A stretch of DNA of 63,396 nucleotides, the filler included, from Atractiella rhizophila (taxonomy: Eukaryota), in NCBI GenBank assembly GCA_021432655.1. It is 6 parts of 6 records of this genome, joined end to end, with 100 filler letters (N's around TTAATTAATTAA, not from the genome) between each part and the next. Parts side by side here need not be neighbours in the genome. Positions count along the whole stretch, not along the records: positions 39,132 to 56,912 come from MU271561.1; positions 57,013 to 63,396 come from MU271567.1; 4 more parts are not named here. One strand, written 5' to 3'. The position numbers and the translations under genes are program-made. The notes beneath the pieces are model-generated. The model did not search any database. It had not been told where the DNA came from and worked only from the letters and a program-made list of their open reading frames with translations. This document shows positions 52,210 to 63,396 of the stretch, piece after piece (within the stretch, counting starts at the first letter, position 1; every line of letters begins with the position of its first letter).

Positions 52210-54341
52210 TCAACACCCTGCGCAAAAAAACGTGAGATCCTCATCAGGCTGGGAAGGGAGGAAGACCGACTCATTCCAATCCCTCACTCTCCTCTTCTTG
52301 ACGCTAAAATATCCAAACCTCTCCCTAAACTTCAACCTTCTATCCTTTCTACCCTCTTTCCCCTCCGCCCCCTCCTCCAAAATAGCTAGCGTCATCTCCC
52401 AATCTTCGGGCTTTTCGAACCCGCTTTCCTTCAACAAAGTGAGGAGGCGATCGTATATGTGGCTCCTGAGAAGTAACAGGCGTTTGACGGACCCTTCGTC
52501 TCGCCAACGGAGCCAGAGAAGACGAGAAAGGGACCTGGCGGAACGTAAGGCGGAAGTAAGGTCTTGGGACCAACGAAGGGTGAGCCAAAGCCACATCGGG
52601 ATGGCCCACGTGGTGACGATGGCGAAAGGTGCTGTGAGGAGGAGGAGGACAGAGTAGACTGCGAGGAAGGAGAGCCAGCCGGTGAGTGCTTTCGTTTGCA
52701 TCACCTATTCATCGTCCATCACTCCTATGTTTGGAAGTGGTGAGGTAAGAGGAAAGGGACTAACCTCGTCTAATACGTCCCACAGTGGCTTGTCTGTAGA
52801 CTTGAATCGTCGTTCAGCCCGCTTGGATATCGCCAACACTGGGGATGCGACGAGGAGTCCTGGGGCTGCGAGTACAGCGAGACATAGAGCCCAAAGGATC
52901 CTCAACGAGAGGCGATAGATGAGGACGGCAGATCCAAGTTGAGATTGAGTAGCAAGTCGATTGTCCTTGATGCCGACGACCCTGAGTGCCGTGGCGTAAG
53001 AATCGATGTCCTCTTTGAGCTTCATCTTGAATTCGATCCGAGCCTCTCCCTCCTCCTCCTTCTGCTCCAACAATTGTACAAACAATTGGGTCAGCCGAAC
53101 ATACTCTCCCAGCGTGATCTTTCCGTCTCCCGCAGCGTTACACGGCGCCCAAACCCTCCTAGCCGTATGGGCACGGCGGACCTCTTTCCAACTAGGAGCG
53201 TCGATACCCGCCCTCTTCAGCCTGTGTTCAACTTCTGCAGTCAGCTGAGATACGGTGGGGAGGTTGGATTCGGGGGTTTGAGAGGAGAGGACGATGGGAG
53301 GACTGAAGCGGACGAGGACGTTGGAACGGAAGTGGAAGCGGTGGAGGTATGTCAGCGTCACTGGCAGGACGGTGAGCGTGAAAGGTTCCGATGTGTCGGT
53401 GGGAGCGGTGGAGAGCGCTGTGAGAGCGATGCGAGCTGCACCGGTTCGGAGAGGGGAGATGGAGGGATGGTAGCGCGAGATTCCTTCGGGGAAGAGGAGG
53501 ACGCAAGCTCCTTTCTGAAGCGCCTATAAATAACGTGTCAGAAATGGATTCTATGTGACACAATGGGCATGTGCAAGAAGTGACGAATAAGAGGAAAATG
53601 AAGGTATGGTACAGAAAAGAAAGGACTATTTGCAAGAGACAGGAAAGGCAGGCGGCCCAAGCAAGCAGGAAGGAAGAATAAACAATATGGAAGAGAGAAA
53701 GGGAAAGGACGAAAAGAAGACTAACCTGTATCAATTTGGAAAAAGTCTGGATGTTCCCTTCTTTCACGAATTCAGGTTTCTCCAGATGGTCCTTCGGACG
53801 CATAATCGGCACTGCACCCGACTGCATTATTATCAGCCACCGTCAACTTCGGCTCTCCGTTAGATTTGATCGAGGGGGGAAAAAGTTCAACTGGCGTATC
53901 AAGCGTACCTGACGGATGAGGAAGCTGGCGACAGTATTCTGATTAAAGTGTGTATCCTTGGCAGTGAGGCGTATGAGAGACCTCTTGGCGGAAGGTATAT
54001 GTGAGAGAAGCACGGCTGGGTCCGTGAGACTGTTTCCGTGGTTCTGCATCCCATATCCCGTTGTTAGCTTCACCGCTTCGCTTCAGCAGAGAAGAAGGGG
54101 GAGGGGGAGGACGGACGGCGCAGATTATGCATGCTTCTCCATCTTTGGGTAGGTACTCGAGACCTTCGATCACCACGTCGTTGTAGATGGTCTTTATGAG
54201 GCACTGCGCAAGAAACGCAGGTCAGGGTGATAATCTGGGGGACAATATGGTACGCACCTTGAACAGCTGTTTTATTAACCAGTAGCCCCAAGAGCTCCGT
54301 TCGTCCTCTATCGCCAGCTCTTCCTTTTCTATGTTGTCCAT
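52210..54341 (-). CDS. Glycerol-3-phosphate/DHAP acyltransferase (Sct1/Gpt2-like)
   Basis: Acyltransferase motifs NHGNSLTD, LTAKDTHF, GAVPIMRPKD, LFPEGISR, FRSNVLVRF, plus C-terminal TM helices. Confidence 0.85.
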
Positions 54342-54594
54342 CTTTTCAATATCCTGATCCTCCTTCAGCACCGTCACTTCGGTTGTGACTTCATAGGGGA
54401 TGAACGACAATTTGCGTGACTAAGATTAGAAGTAGATAGGATATAAGGTTGATGACTAAAGAGTAGTGACGGATAAAGGTTTGACAGCGATGTGATAATC
54501 ACCGGATTGCGAATAAGACATTGCTCATCGCATCATCCAGCTGATAAAATCAATCACTCACCATGATTCTCTTTCAGCCCTTACCACCGCCATC

Positions 54595-56498
54595 ATGGCC
54601 ACGTTCATCCAGTCCCAACTCTCGAAATCCTCAACTATTTTCACCTATGACGACCCCCAGAACATCATCCACCAGTCCCTACAGAAGCAGGATAACGTCT
54701 TCGTGCTTGACGAGAGGCAGTCCAGTGGCGACGCCATCGCCGGATTCTTAGCTCAAGAGACCCTCCTCCGATCTCGTTACGTCCCCCGAGGCATCCCACC
54801 GCCATCCCAAAGGGTGACCATCAACCTCTCTTCGCGCGCTCTTCCCCTCCTTCCTCACATCAGCGCATTCTCCAAGACCCAAAACAACCGTCCGAGGATC
54901 GACGTGATCGTTCAAGCGTCCACGAGCGAACCGTCTACGCTCCAGTTGGTCCCTGATGTCGACTTTGCCATTCGGGAGGCGGAGAGGCTCGTCGAGGTCG
55001 GATTCAGGCTCATTTTGGCTGGAGGCACGAGGGAGGAGTCTGAGAGGGCTTGGAGTGCCTTTGAGAGGGAAGAAGGAGACCGGATCATCGTCTTGGACCC
55101 TTTTGAGGGGCTTCGAGCGAAGGCTGCAAGGGATGAGACCAAGACGGAGTCAAGCTTCGAGGCCTTTGAAATCCTCAAGACATCAGAAGAACCAACGCAT
55201 CTTATCGTTATTCCTGCCTCGATACATTCTTCTCTTGCAAGGACTGCTTTCCTCGCAAGCGACAAGAACAACACTGCCTTGCTCATCCTCAATCGTTTCC
55301 CATTCGACGGCGATTCTATCTCCACCGCTCTTCCCTCTATCACTAAAATTTCTCTCTTTTCCGAGACTTCCAGTTCCTCATCTCTTCAGGCGACGTTGGC
55401 TGACTCGCTTCAGAGGTCAGTCGAGATCTTTACTCTCCCTCCTGGGGAAGAAGCGGCGGCATGGGCGAAATACTTCGGCGTCTCCTCCGACCGGCAAGGG
55501 AAGGACGGACATCTCTCTTTCTGGGCTCCCGATACCCCTTCCACCCTTGAGATTGTAGCTGGTCTCTCTTCCGACTCTCGCGCCTTGACCAACTATGACG
55601 CCTACGCCCTTCCTCTTGCCGGTCTCCTTCAAAGTGTCTTTTCCTCCCCATCCTCATCCTCTTCCCTCACTGCTCTCGCTTCTACCTCTCCTTCCCTCCT
55701 CGTCATCCACTCTCCTAAAGACGTGTTTTCCGCGGCTTCCCCCCTTCCTTACGTCACAAAATCGACAAATGTCCTTTTGTTGACTCCATGGACGGAGGAG
55801 GAAATAGAGAAGAAGGTGAAGGAGCACGATAAGAATGCTTTGAAGAAGGCGGGATCGGTGTGGATTGCAGATACTGTCGGATGGGAAGCGGAAAAGGTTG
55901 TCGATCTGATCGGTGCGGCATGGAAGGGTGACATTGGAGGATTGACAAAGCTCAACCTCCTAGCGGCAAATGGGGTAAATGGTGTGAAGACTAATGGGAT
56001 CAATGGAGTCAACGGAGTCAATGGGGTCAAGGCCAATGGTACGAATGGACACGCCGTACCTCGACCATCCAACGTAAAATCCACCTCTTTCTTCTCCACC
56101 CCCGCCCGTTCGGAATCGTCTTCTTCCTTTCAAACCCGATCCGGGAAGAGGGCGGATCATTCGACGATACAGAAACTCCTCTTCTCCTCCCCTTACTCAC
56201 TCCCACCTCCTTCTAGTCCCGACCTCCTCAGGCCAGACCTGCACGAAGAAAATTACCTGCTCACAGTTACGGAGAACCGACGTCTGACCCCTCTCGATTA
56301 TGACAGGAACGTGTTCCACATCGAGTTCTCCACCAAAGGTACCGGTCTGAAGTATCACATCGGGGACGCGTTGGGAGTGCACGGATGGAACGATGGGAAG
56401 GAGGTGCTCGAGTTCATCGAGTGGTACGGTCTCGATCCGGATGCAGTGGTGGAGTTACCAGCGAAGAAGAACTCGAAGAAGAGGAGCGAGAGTAGAAC
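54595..56498 (+). CDS. MET10: Sulfite reductase (NADPH) flavoprotein subunit, truncated by gap
   Basis: LLRPDLHEENYLLTVTENRRLTPLDYDRNVFHIEF...GLKYHIGDALGVHGWND, typical of the Met10 FAD-binding region. Confidence 0.9.
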
Positions 56499-56722
56499 NN
56501 NNNNNNNNNNNNNNNNNNNNNNNNNNNNNNNNNNNNNNNNNNNNNNNNNNNNNNNNNNNNNNNNNNNNNNNNNNNNNNNNNNNNNNNNNNNNNNNNNNNN
56601 NNNNNNNNNNNNNNNNNNNNNNNNNNNNNNNCCAAGTGATCGGCGTGCCGACTACGCCCATAAAAACTGGACGTCGATTGGGCCGTCTGGCAGCTTCTCC
56701 AGCCACTTTGGTTGTCCTAAAC

Positions 56723-56912
56723 ATGTTCTCTCGTACAGCAGTTTGGTCCCTTTTCTTTGCTGGGCTCGCTTTTGGTATGTTGTTTCTCCCTGTGGAAGTT
56801 GCACTCGGTTTGTTAATGACGCGATTGTAGGGCATTCAAGTCCCAAGACTCCAGCTGAGATTAAGGAGTATCAAGCCCTTCAGTCGCAAATATATCACTG
56901 TGCACCTGTCGT
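56723..56912 (+). CDS. Secreted protein N-terminus, resembling fungal extracellular intradiol dioxygenase-like proteins (fragment between gaps)
   Basis: MFSRTAVWSLFFAGLAF|GHSSPKTPAEIKEYQALQSQIYHCAPV: signal peptide, one intron and a YHCAP motif recalled from that family. Confidence 0.5.
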
Positions 56913-58140
56913 NNNNNNNNNNNNNNNNNNNNNNNNNNNNNNNNNNNNNNNNNNNNTTAATTAATTAANNNNNNNNNNNNNNNNNNNNNNNNNNNNNNNN
57001 NNNNNNNNNNNNCTTTAGAGAAGCTCCGTACCCTATTCGTAACACGGAGTATATTTCCAGAGGTGCCTAAAGGTCCGTGTTATGTTTGTACGTTCATGTC
57101 CTTCCTTTCTTCGTTTACTAAAGGATGTCGCTGCTAAACTTGATAGGATATGACGATTCCTCTCCTAATGTTATCGCCTATGCCAACCCCTAACTTCGGT
57201 ACCTGTGCATACACCCACTACCCGTTAAATTCATGCAGAACGGCAAAGAGTCTCGTTCTCCAACCCAAACTACCGCTCACTACTGTACTGAACGTAATGT
57301 TCTCCACGAATGGAAGCTCACTGTTTCCAGTCAAATATGTTTAGAAGGGATACAAACTCTACATTCTTTCAAGAGTACTCGCACCTTCCTATCGGAAAAC
57401 ACAACATGTTAGGGGATTTCAGTGGACTCTGGACGAACTGCCCTGAGTTGAAGAGAAATGTTGAGCCAGGTTGCTGCGGAGTATAATTTCGCGAAAGGCA
57501 GTGACATGAGGAAAGAAGTCGTCGATGTAGTCACGAGCTCGCAGGCTGTCATTAACTCGATTTCGGCTTATCGCTATTTCGATTTTACAGCATTCTTGAT
57601 AGGAGAACAAATACATTGTTTGTTTGGTCTATTGTAATTGTAAGAACATATTCACGGCATTTTCGACATTTCGCAGAACAGTTCAAGATATCCAGATATA
57701 GGAAAGGATTAGATTGTGAAAATGGCAGAAGCGCTCAAATCAAACATTTCGAAAGCGAGGAAAAGGTGCACCTGTCCATACAAGTTGATCTCCGGAATAA
57801 GAAATTGTTGCGTGATTCACGCCACGATGCCGAACATTCCGTCCAGTGTGATATCGTGAGAGGTAGTACCTCAATTCTCTTGAAAAGCGAGCAATGGCCG
57901 CCTTTGTCCACAGTCTGAAGTGGATTTGAGAATATGCATCTTAAGATGCCAGCCATTAGTAGGGAAAATCTATCCCCCACTTGACTGAATTAACCTTGCA
58001 ACGGGGATCCCCCCTAACAAGATTCGTAGTTCCAGGGGTCAACCTAAAAAGATGTGGTCCAAAATCGGTTCGAAATGATGATCCAAGGGGCATCTGCAAT
58101 TTATAGCTGTGAATAAAACGACAAAGAGGTGTTTTTTGAT

Positions 58141-59621
58141 CTAGAAATCGAAGGAGAGACGTTCTTCAGTAAGGATCTCAATGTCCACTGAAAATTGCTG
58201 ACTTGGTGTGATGAGCAAATAATTGGCAAAGAGTATACATCTGCGGGAAGCGAAGTTGTGCAACGTAGCATTGCAAGATGTGTTTTCTGACAGCTCCTGG
58301 TTTGACAGGTTCCTTCGAGTTCCGCACGTATTCATATGAAAGTTCCCGAGGGGAAAAAGTCCAGCGCATACGTTCACGATAGTACGCAAATTTGCAATCG
58401 CAAACTCTGTGACTGAATGCAAAGCAGCGAGTGAAAAGATCGAACTGGTCCTTATTCTCGATAAAAGGCAGAAGAAATTGCCAATGAGAAGGAGGGTCAT
58501 CCTCATCTTCGCTGAAATAGCAAGCTTGATATTGATTTTTATCAAACCAGAGTTTGTGAAACCCATCCCATTCTGGTTGTTGAAGAAAGACAGTACTGTC
58601 AAGGAAGTAATGGGAGTGTGGATTTGTTGGATCTCGGAAGTCAATCATGATACCAAAGCTGTGAGTTAGTTCGCCGCAACCAAAGGTGCCGGGATCTCTT
58701 GAAAATGCTTTGAGGAATGAAATTTCGTTGCGTTTATAGTTTTGCGAGGCGCCAAAGCCCGTGCCAGTTGCAAAAGAATGCTGCAGTGAGGACGAAAATA
58801 AACTTTCGTCGATTGGAGAGAGCGCGGAGCTAGATGATGTGTCTGCAGGGGACAAGGAGGGAGAAAGAGTGGGCTGCCTGTCAGATGACATGTATTGAAA
58901 ATGGGAAGAATATAAATCGCTGTTCCACCGACCCGAGATATCTAAAGGCACATTAGTCAACTGACTAGGATACAGCGGGAGAAGAACCTGGATACCCATG
59001 CGGACCTGTTGCAAGTGATGAACTCGCCAGCAGAGTTGCGGGTGGTAACTGCAATTGTTGAAGATTCTGACCCCATTTGGTTGAGATATCACCAAATAGA
59101 GATTGTCCGGCTTGAGGGGAAGTAAATTCAGGTGCAGAGGAGTCAAGAATGTCACATGAGCCATAGGGATACTGGCTTAGGACATCGGGAAGGGGAAGAT
59201 CCCCATTGTTCGAGTCTACGAACGGTAAACTAACAAGGGGTACCTGAGGGCATTGTAATTGGCATTCAGCCGCACCGGCCACAATTTCACTAGCGTAAAA
59301 ATGAGCTCCGCAGCCTTGCGTAGTGTTGTAAGGAAGATTGTGAGAGTTGTGATAGTCGAGTCTTTCTTGGGCAGAAGTTTCGGAAGACAATGAGAGAAAA
59401 GGATTCGACGACAGAGAAGGAAAGTCCTGCTGCCGCAATTGTAGATAATCCACCGTAGGGCTGCAGTGCGATGTCGTGCTTTGATTCGCGAAAGGCCAAA
59501 ACTGGCTGTGGATAGAGTCACCGCTGACCGGATTTACCCTGGATTCTACTGGGCCAGTCAAACAAAATTCATTCTGGGACGTCAGGTCCGCCTTAGGCTT
59601 TTGCCGACCTTTCCTGGGCAT
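58141..59621 (-). CDS. Hypothetical protein with basic N-terminus and Cys/His-containing C-terminal domain; 3' end uncertain
   Basis: MPRKGRQKPK, a long S/P/Q-rich region, then an ordered domain RCFAFSHRVCDCKF...VRKHILQC. Introns join the long ORFs. Confidence 0.6.
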
Positions 59622-60272
59622 GATGCATCTTGCCACGGGGTCAGTATCAGCTTATCAGACTAGGAGGACGCACGAGTGTCTGTCACCTTCTTGCTGATCG
59701 AAATTCGACTGCAGCGAAGGTAGATAGAGCTAACGCGAGCAGAGGGATGGAGGGATGGCGAGGATTGCTCTGTTTGTCACTTTTATAAGAGAGAGGAAGG
59801 TGCTTAAGACTAATCATCCGCATTGGGTTGACCCGCTTCAAACGCAGCCGCAAACGCGACGCGCGTACAACACAGGCACGATATACTCTCAGGCGTCGCT
59901 TTCTAGCTCTCGACGCAGGCTCTGCCTGTATTCTCAAGGTCGAGGATGACAGATCTGGGGATGCAAGACATGCCCAAACAGATGGCGTCAATTATTTGGT
60001 AGGCGTGAGCAACCTGAACAACGTTTCAGCTGCTGTCCAGCTTCTGATAGAAGGCTTACACAAGCTGCACGAAGAATTCAAAAAGTGGATGCGGTCACGA
60101 GTGCTGTTCGTGCGTGCAAGAGGTAGGAATTTGAACAGCTGAGATAGTAATACAACTCTGTTCTCTCTTCAACCTTCAGCTTCCCATGCACACAAGAAGA
60201 GACACCTACAGTGCTATACATATAAATTATCCTTTTAGGTCCAAAATGATGCAGTCTAAATCCTCCACTCAA

Positions 60273-62622
60273 TCAAGGCAACATGACCTTCCCAAACTCC
60301 ACGCCCCTCTTGATACCACCAATCAGGTTCCTAACTCCCTCCTTCGCGCCTTCGACGCCAGCTTCGATCGTAGCCGCATTGGGCATATTCGCTCCTGAGA
60401 CATTGATAGATACATTCCCTATCGACAGATTGAGACCCTGATTCGAAGCTGGTGTCGCTGTTGAAGCTGGTGTAGATGTTGAAGTTGAGGAGGCTGCGAC
60501 GACTGGGGCGGGACCTGAGGGTACCGGGAGAGGTGGAGGAGCAGGAAGATCTCCAGCAACTGTACGAAGCATCTCCAGGAAACTATCACATACCATACGG
60601 GATGATTATCAGTCTTAGTTGTTGAGTCCAAGGCAGAGAATGAGATATGGTGGAGGATTACCTAGCAGAGTTATGCACACAGCTACCGCCTAACAGGATC
60701 CGAGTGTTCGCGTTGATAGCACCTGCCGGTGTAGATGTCCCACTTGCTGCCCCCACCGTTGAAGTTGCTTCCCCACTCTGGAACTTCTGGTTGAGCAATG
60801 CGATGTGACGCGCTTCCTCGTAAGTCGTACCTCCAACCATGAAGATGATTATGTCTTGCGGCCTAGAGAAGCATCATCGATATCAGCGGCAGGCTTCTTT
60901 GACAAAATGTTATAGGAGCGGAAAGACAAAAGGTTCGTACCTCTGTGTCGGATTAAATGTCTGGCCTTCTATGAACGGATAGCTGGTTTCCTTCAGCCTC
61001 CCCTTTAATAACAAATCAATAGTCTCTGCAAGATGTGGGGTATGTTGGGTATAAACATTATCCACTCCCTTCAGTCCTTTAAGAGCGCTCTTCCCGCGAC
61101 TGAAAAAGTTCTCGTTCGCAAACAGGTCGTCCTGCCTCTGGTCTGCACCCGCATATGAGAGTATAACATTGACAAGGGACGCTTCTTCGGCCGTCAATCC
61201 GTTTCTGGTGAGCAGGTCGACGATGTGTGAGATTTGTTGAGAAGCCGACTTCTGGTATCGCAGAGCGTAAAGGATGGAGAGACGGAGCTTATGGTTCACC
61301 GAAATTTCGTCCGAGGTTATCATTTGTTGGAGGTTCTGTACCACACACCCTTCATCCCTTCCTCTCTTTTGACTTGACGGAAACAAAAACGTACCCTGAA
61401 GTCTGAAGCGTGAGACTCGTTGCTCGCCAAGCTCTGTTCCAGTTCACTGACCTCCAACAACTTTCTCGAACCGACGAGTCTCGACAGTTCTCCTACAAGT
61501 GCAACATGTTTAGATACGTTTCCTCCTAGTTTCCGAAACTCCGGATACTCTTCTACGAAGCGCTTCATATCCTGCACAGTTTCAATCTTCCAGAGATTGG
61601 ATGACGCAGTACGGGAGGAGTAGTCGGACACGTAGGTTGTGAGGGAAGAGCCGAGGTCACCGAAGTTGAGGTATAAGGAGGAAGAGTAGAAGGGATCTTC
61701 CGAGGGATGTGAGGGAAGGACGATTTCCTACGCACAACTCAGCCGTCAGACAAAACGTGGGAAGGGCAATGTAGAACAAACCTTTAGCTCTTCTCGAATA
61801 TCAGGTGCACCTCGCAGATCCACCCGTCCGTTCCTTATCCCAATCTCCTCATGGACCATCGCTTGGTAGGTCCATTGTGTCAACAGTGGAGTAACTGGGT
61901 CGTTCCGTCGATCCAGTATCAGAAGCAATGGCGTTGTATTGCTAGGTCTGAAGTCGAACAACGCCTTGTGTTCCTCCATCGATCTCAGCATTTCCTTCCC
62001 CAGAGTTTTCGCAGCAGAAGACATCCGCTCATACCGAACCACAGGCTTTTTCTTGAGGGCGAGTAGCAATGCGAGAAGGCCTTCTGCGTCAGAGATGGAA
62101 GTGGAAGCAGTGGAGGAAGAGGGCGGTGACGCGAGGAGTGAATAGTGAGATGTGGAGAGGGCAAGAAAGTCGCCAAAGTACTCGCTGACCTCACGCACAA
62201 GCTCGTATGTGTCTGAAAGCGCGAGAGACTCGATCGCGCTCTTGCTGAGGACGTTGCTGAAGACTTCTCCCAACAGAAATCACGTTCCGCGCAGCTGCAA
62301 CCAAACAAGGGAAGGACATACAAAGGTAGTATTCACCGTACCTCCCGCTCTCCAACTCTCTCCTCACAGCGCCTAAACTCTCATTCGTCGGTCGGACGAA
62401 CACCAAGCATTTCAAGTGAGCCATGCGCTCTCCCTTCTGTGCCACGCCTTTCGCAGAGTCGATGCGATCGGTGAGGTAGACGTGTGCGGAGAGAAGGGAG
62501 GACTGGGTGCTGCACATGGACAGGATGGCGGTCGTGGACGAGTCCAGCAGAAGGACCTTCATGCCCGGTACGATGGAGAGCATACGCGTTACGTAGTTGC
62601 GAAGCGCCAGCAGGGGGTCCAT
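60273..62622 (-). CDS. VPS45: Sec1/Munc18-family vacuolar protein sorting protein Vps45
   Basis: GMKVLLLD, HLKCLVFVRPT, LLILDRRNDPVTPLLTQWTYQAMVHE, KRFVEEYPEFRKLGGNVSKHV, NVYTQHTP, VGGTTYEEA. Confidence 0.96.
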
Positions 62623-63396
62623 GATGGCAAGGATCAGGATTGGCGCGTAGATGGAATATTGCAAGGAAGCAGAGAAGACGTGCCAGTAGAAGTTCACTTT
62701 TCTCCGGCGGCAATTACTCACACTGGAACGATGCGCTGTTCTGCTTTTGAAAGTTTATTGAAACCCTCGTTCTGGCTCTCAGAAATGCAACAAGTACTGA
62801 AGAACCCCGAGAGGACCCCAGTTAATCCTTTCCATTTTCCAGAGTCAAAGACACCAATAACGAGTCCAAATCAACTCGAATGATCTCCTCTGGTCATCGA
62901 GAGCTGGGTCGCAATGGTGCATCCTTTCGTAAACTCCCAGTATCACTGTCTTCATGCCTTCGAATTTGTGATGAGTTTGATGAATAATGACACATTAACA
63001 ATACCTGGCTTCCTCCAGAAGTGCTCCACATCATATTCCCGTACATCTACACCCCACCCCATCCGTTTTGTCTACCCAACCTGTCTTTAACGACATATGT
63101 ACGCCGTTTGAAATGTTTCCCAGCAATTGAGGCATCGCTCTATATCCCGGAGAGAAATTTTTAACAGACTCCTCTCTTGTTCGCTTGTTTGCAAGACATA
63201 GTATATCCTCGCCACAAGGGTCATGTTTAGCAACTTGCACATCACATTCGGACTACAAATGCATGATGTGCCGGCGGCCATGGACAGCCCTATCAAGGTT
63301 CAAGGTTTTGAAGCGCTTCGCCTTATGCACAATGGAGAATGACCTGATTCCCACGGCACTGAAGCGGCTGAAAAGTACTTAGACAAAGCATTCAAA

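Noticed and set aside
55968..56052. NGVNGV low-complexity repeat in Met10
   Set aside because: A common fungal linker repeat with no evidence of a special function.
56499..56964. ORF track extends the 789-aa MET10 ORF through Ns
   Set aside because: The sequence after the gap belongs to a different gene in another frame.
1..63396. CRISPR arrays, rRNA, intact transposase/RT genes, canonical TPP riboswitch
   Set aside because: None seen by eye on either strand.

Overview
Intron-rich fungal genomic DNA, most likely a basidiomycete (inference from short ~50-60 nt introns, micro-exons and protein sequences). The window is a mosaic of contigs. Five 100-nt gaps carry an artificial TTAATTAATTAA linker and there is one plain N gap, so gene neighbourhoods across gaps are unreliable. 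It contains about 27 complete or gap-truncated protein-coding loci. These include GLC3, an Rsf/ATP25-like gene, an SDR, a secreted lipoxygenase, a BBE-like oxidase, a CTL-type transporter, SEN54, an M43 protease, WASP/LAS17, two UBC13 copies, the start of SOF1, a GPI-type esterase, a flavocytochrome b2, an SGNH hydrolase, an MFS transporter, an MPDU1-like gene, a GPAT, MET10 and VPS45. There are also two intron-containing tRNAs and several solo LTRs, one nested in another. The most interesting signals are: (1) a long structured intron in a Vba-like MFS gene with an element able to base-pair with the 5' splice site of a 5-nt micro-exon (candidate splicing switch); (2) head-to-head paralogs with an apparent gene-conversion tract; (3) a secreted WLLAK-type lipoxygenase; and (4) a speculative telomerase-RNA-like segment. 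All exon models were derived by eye.
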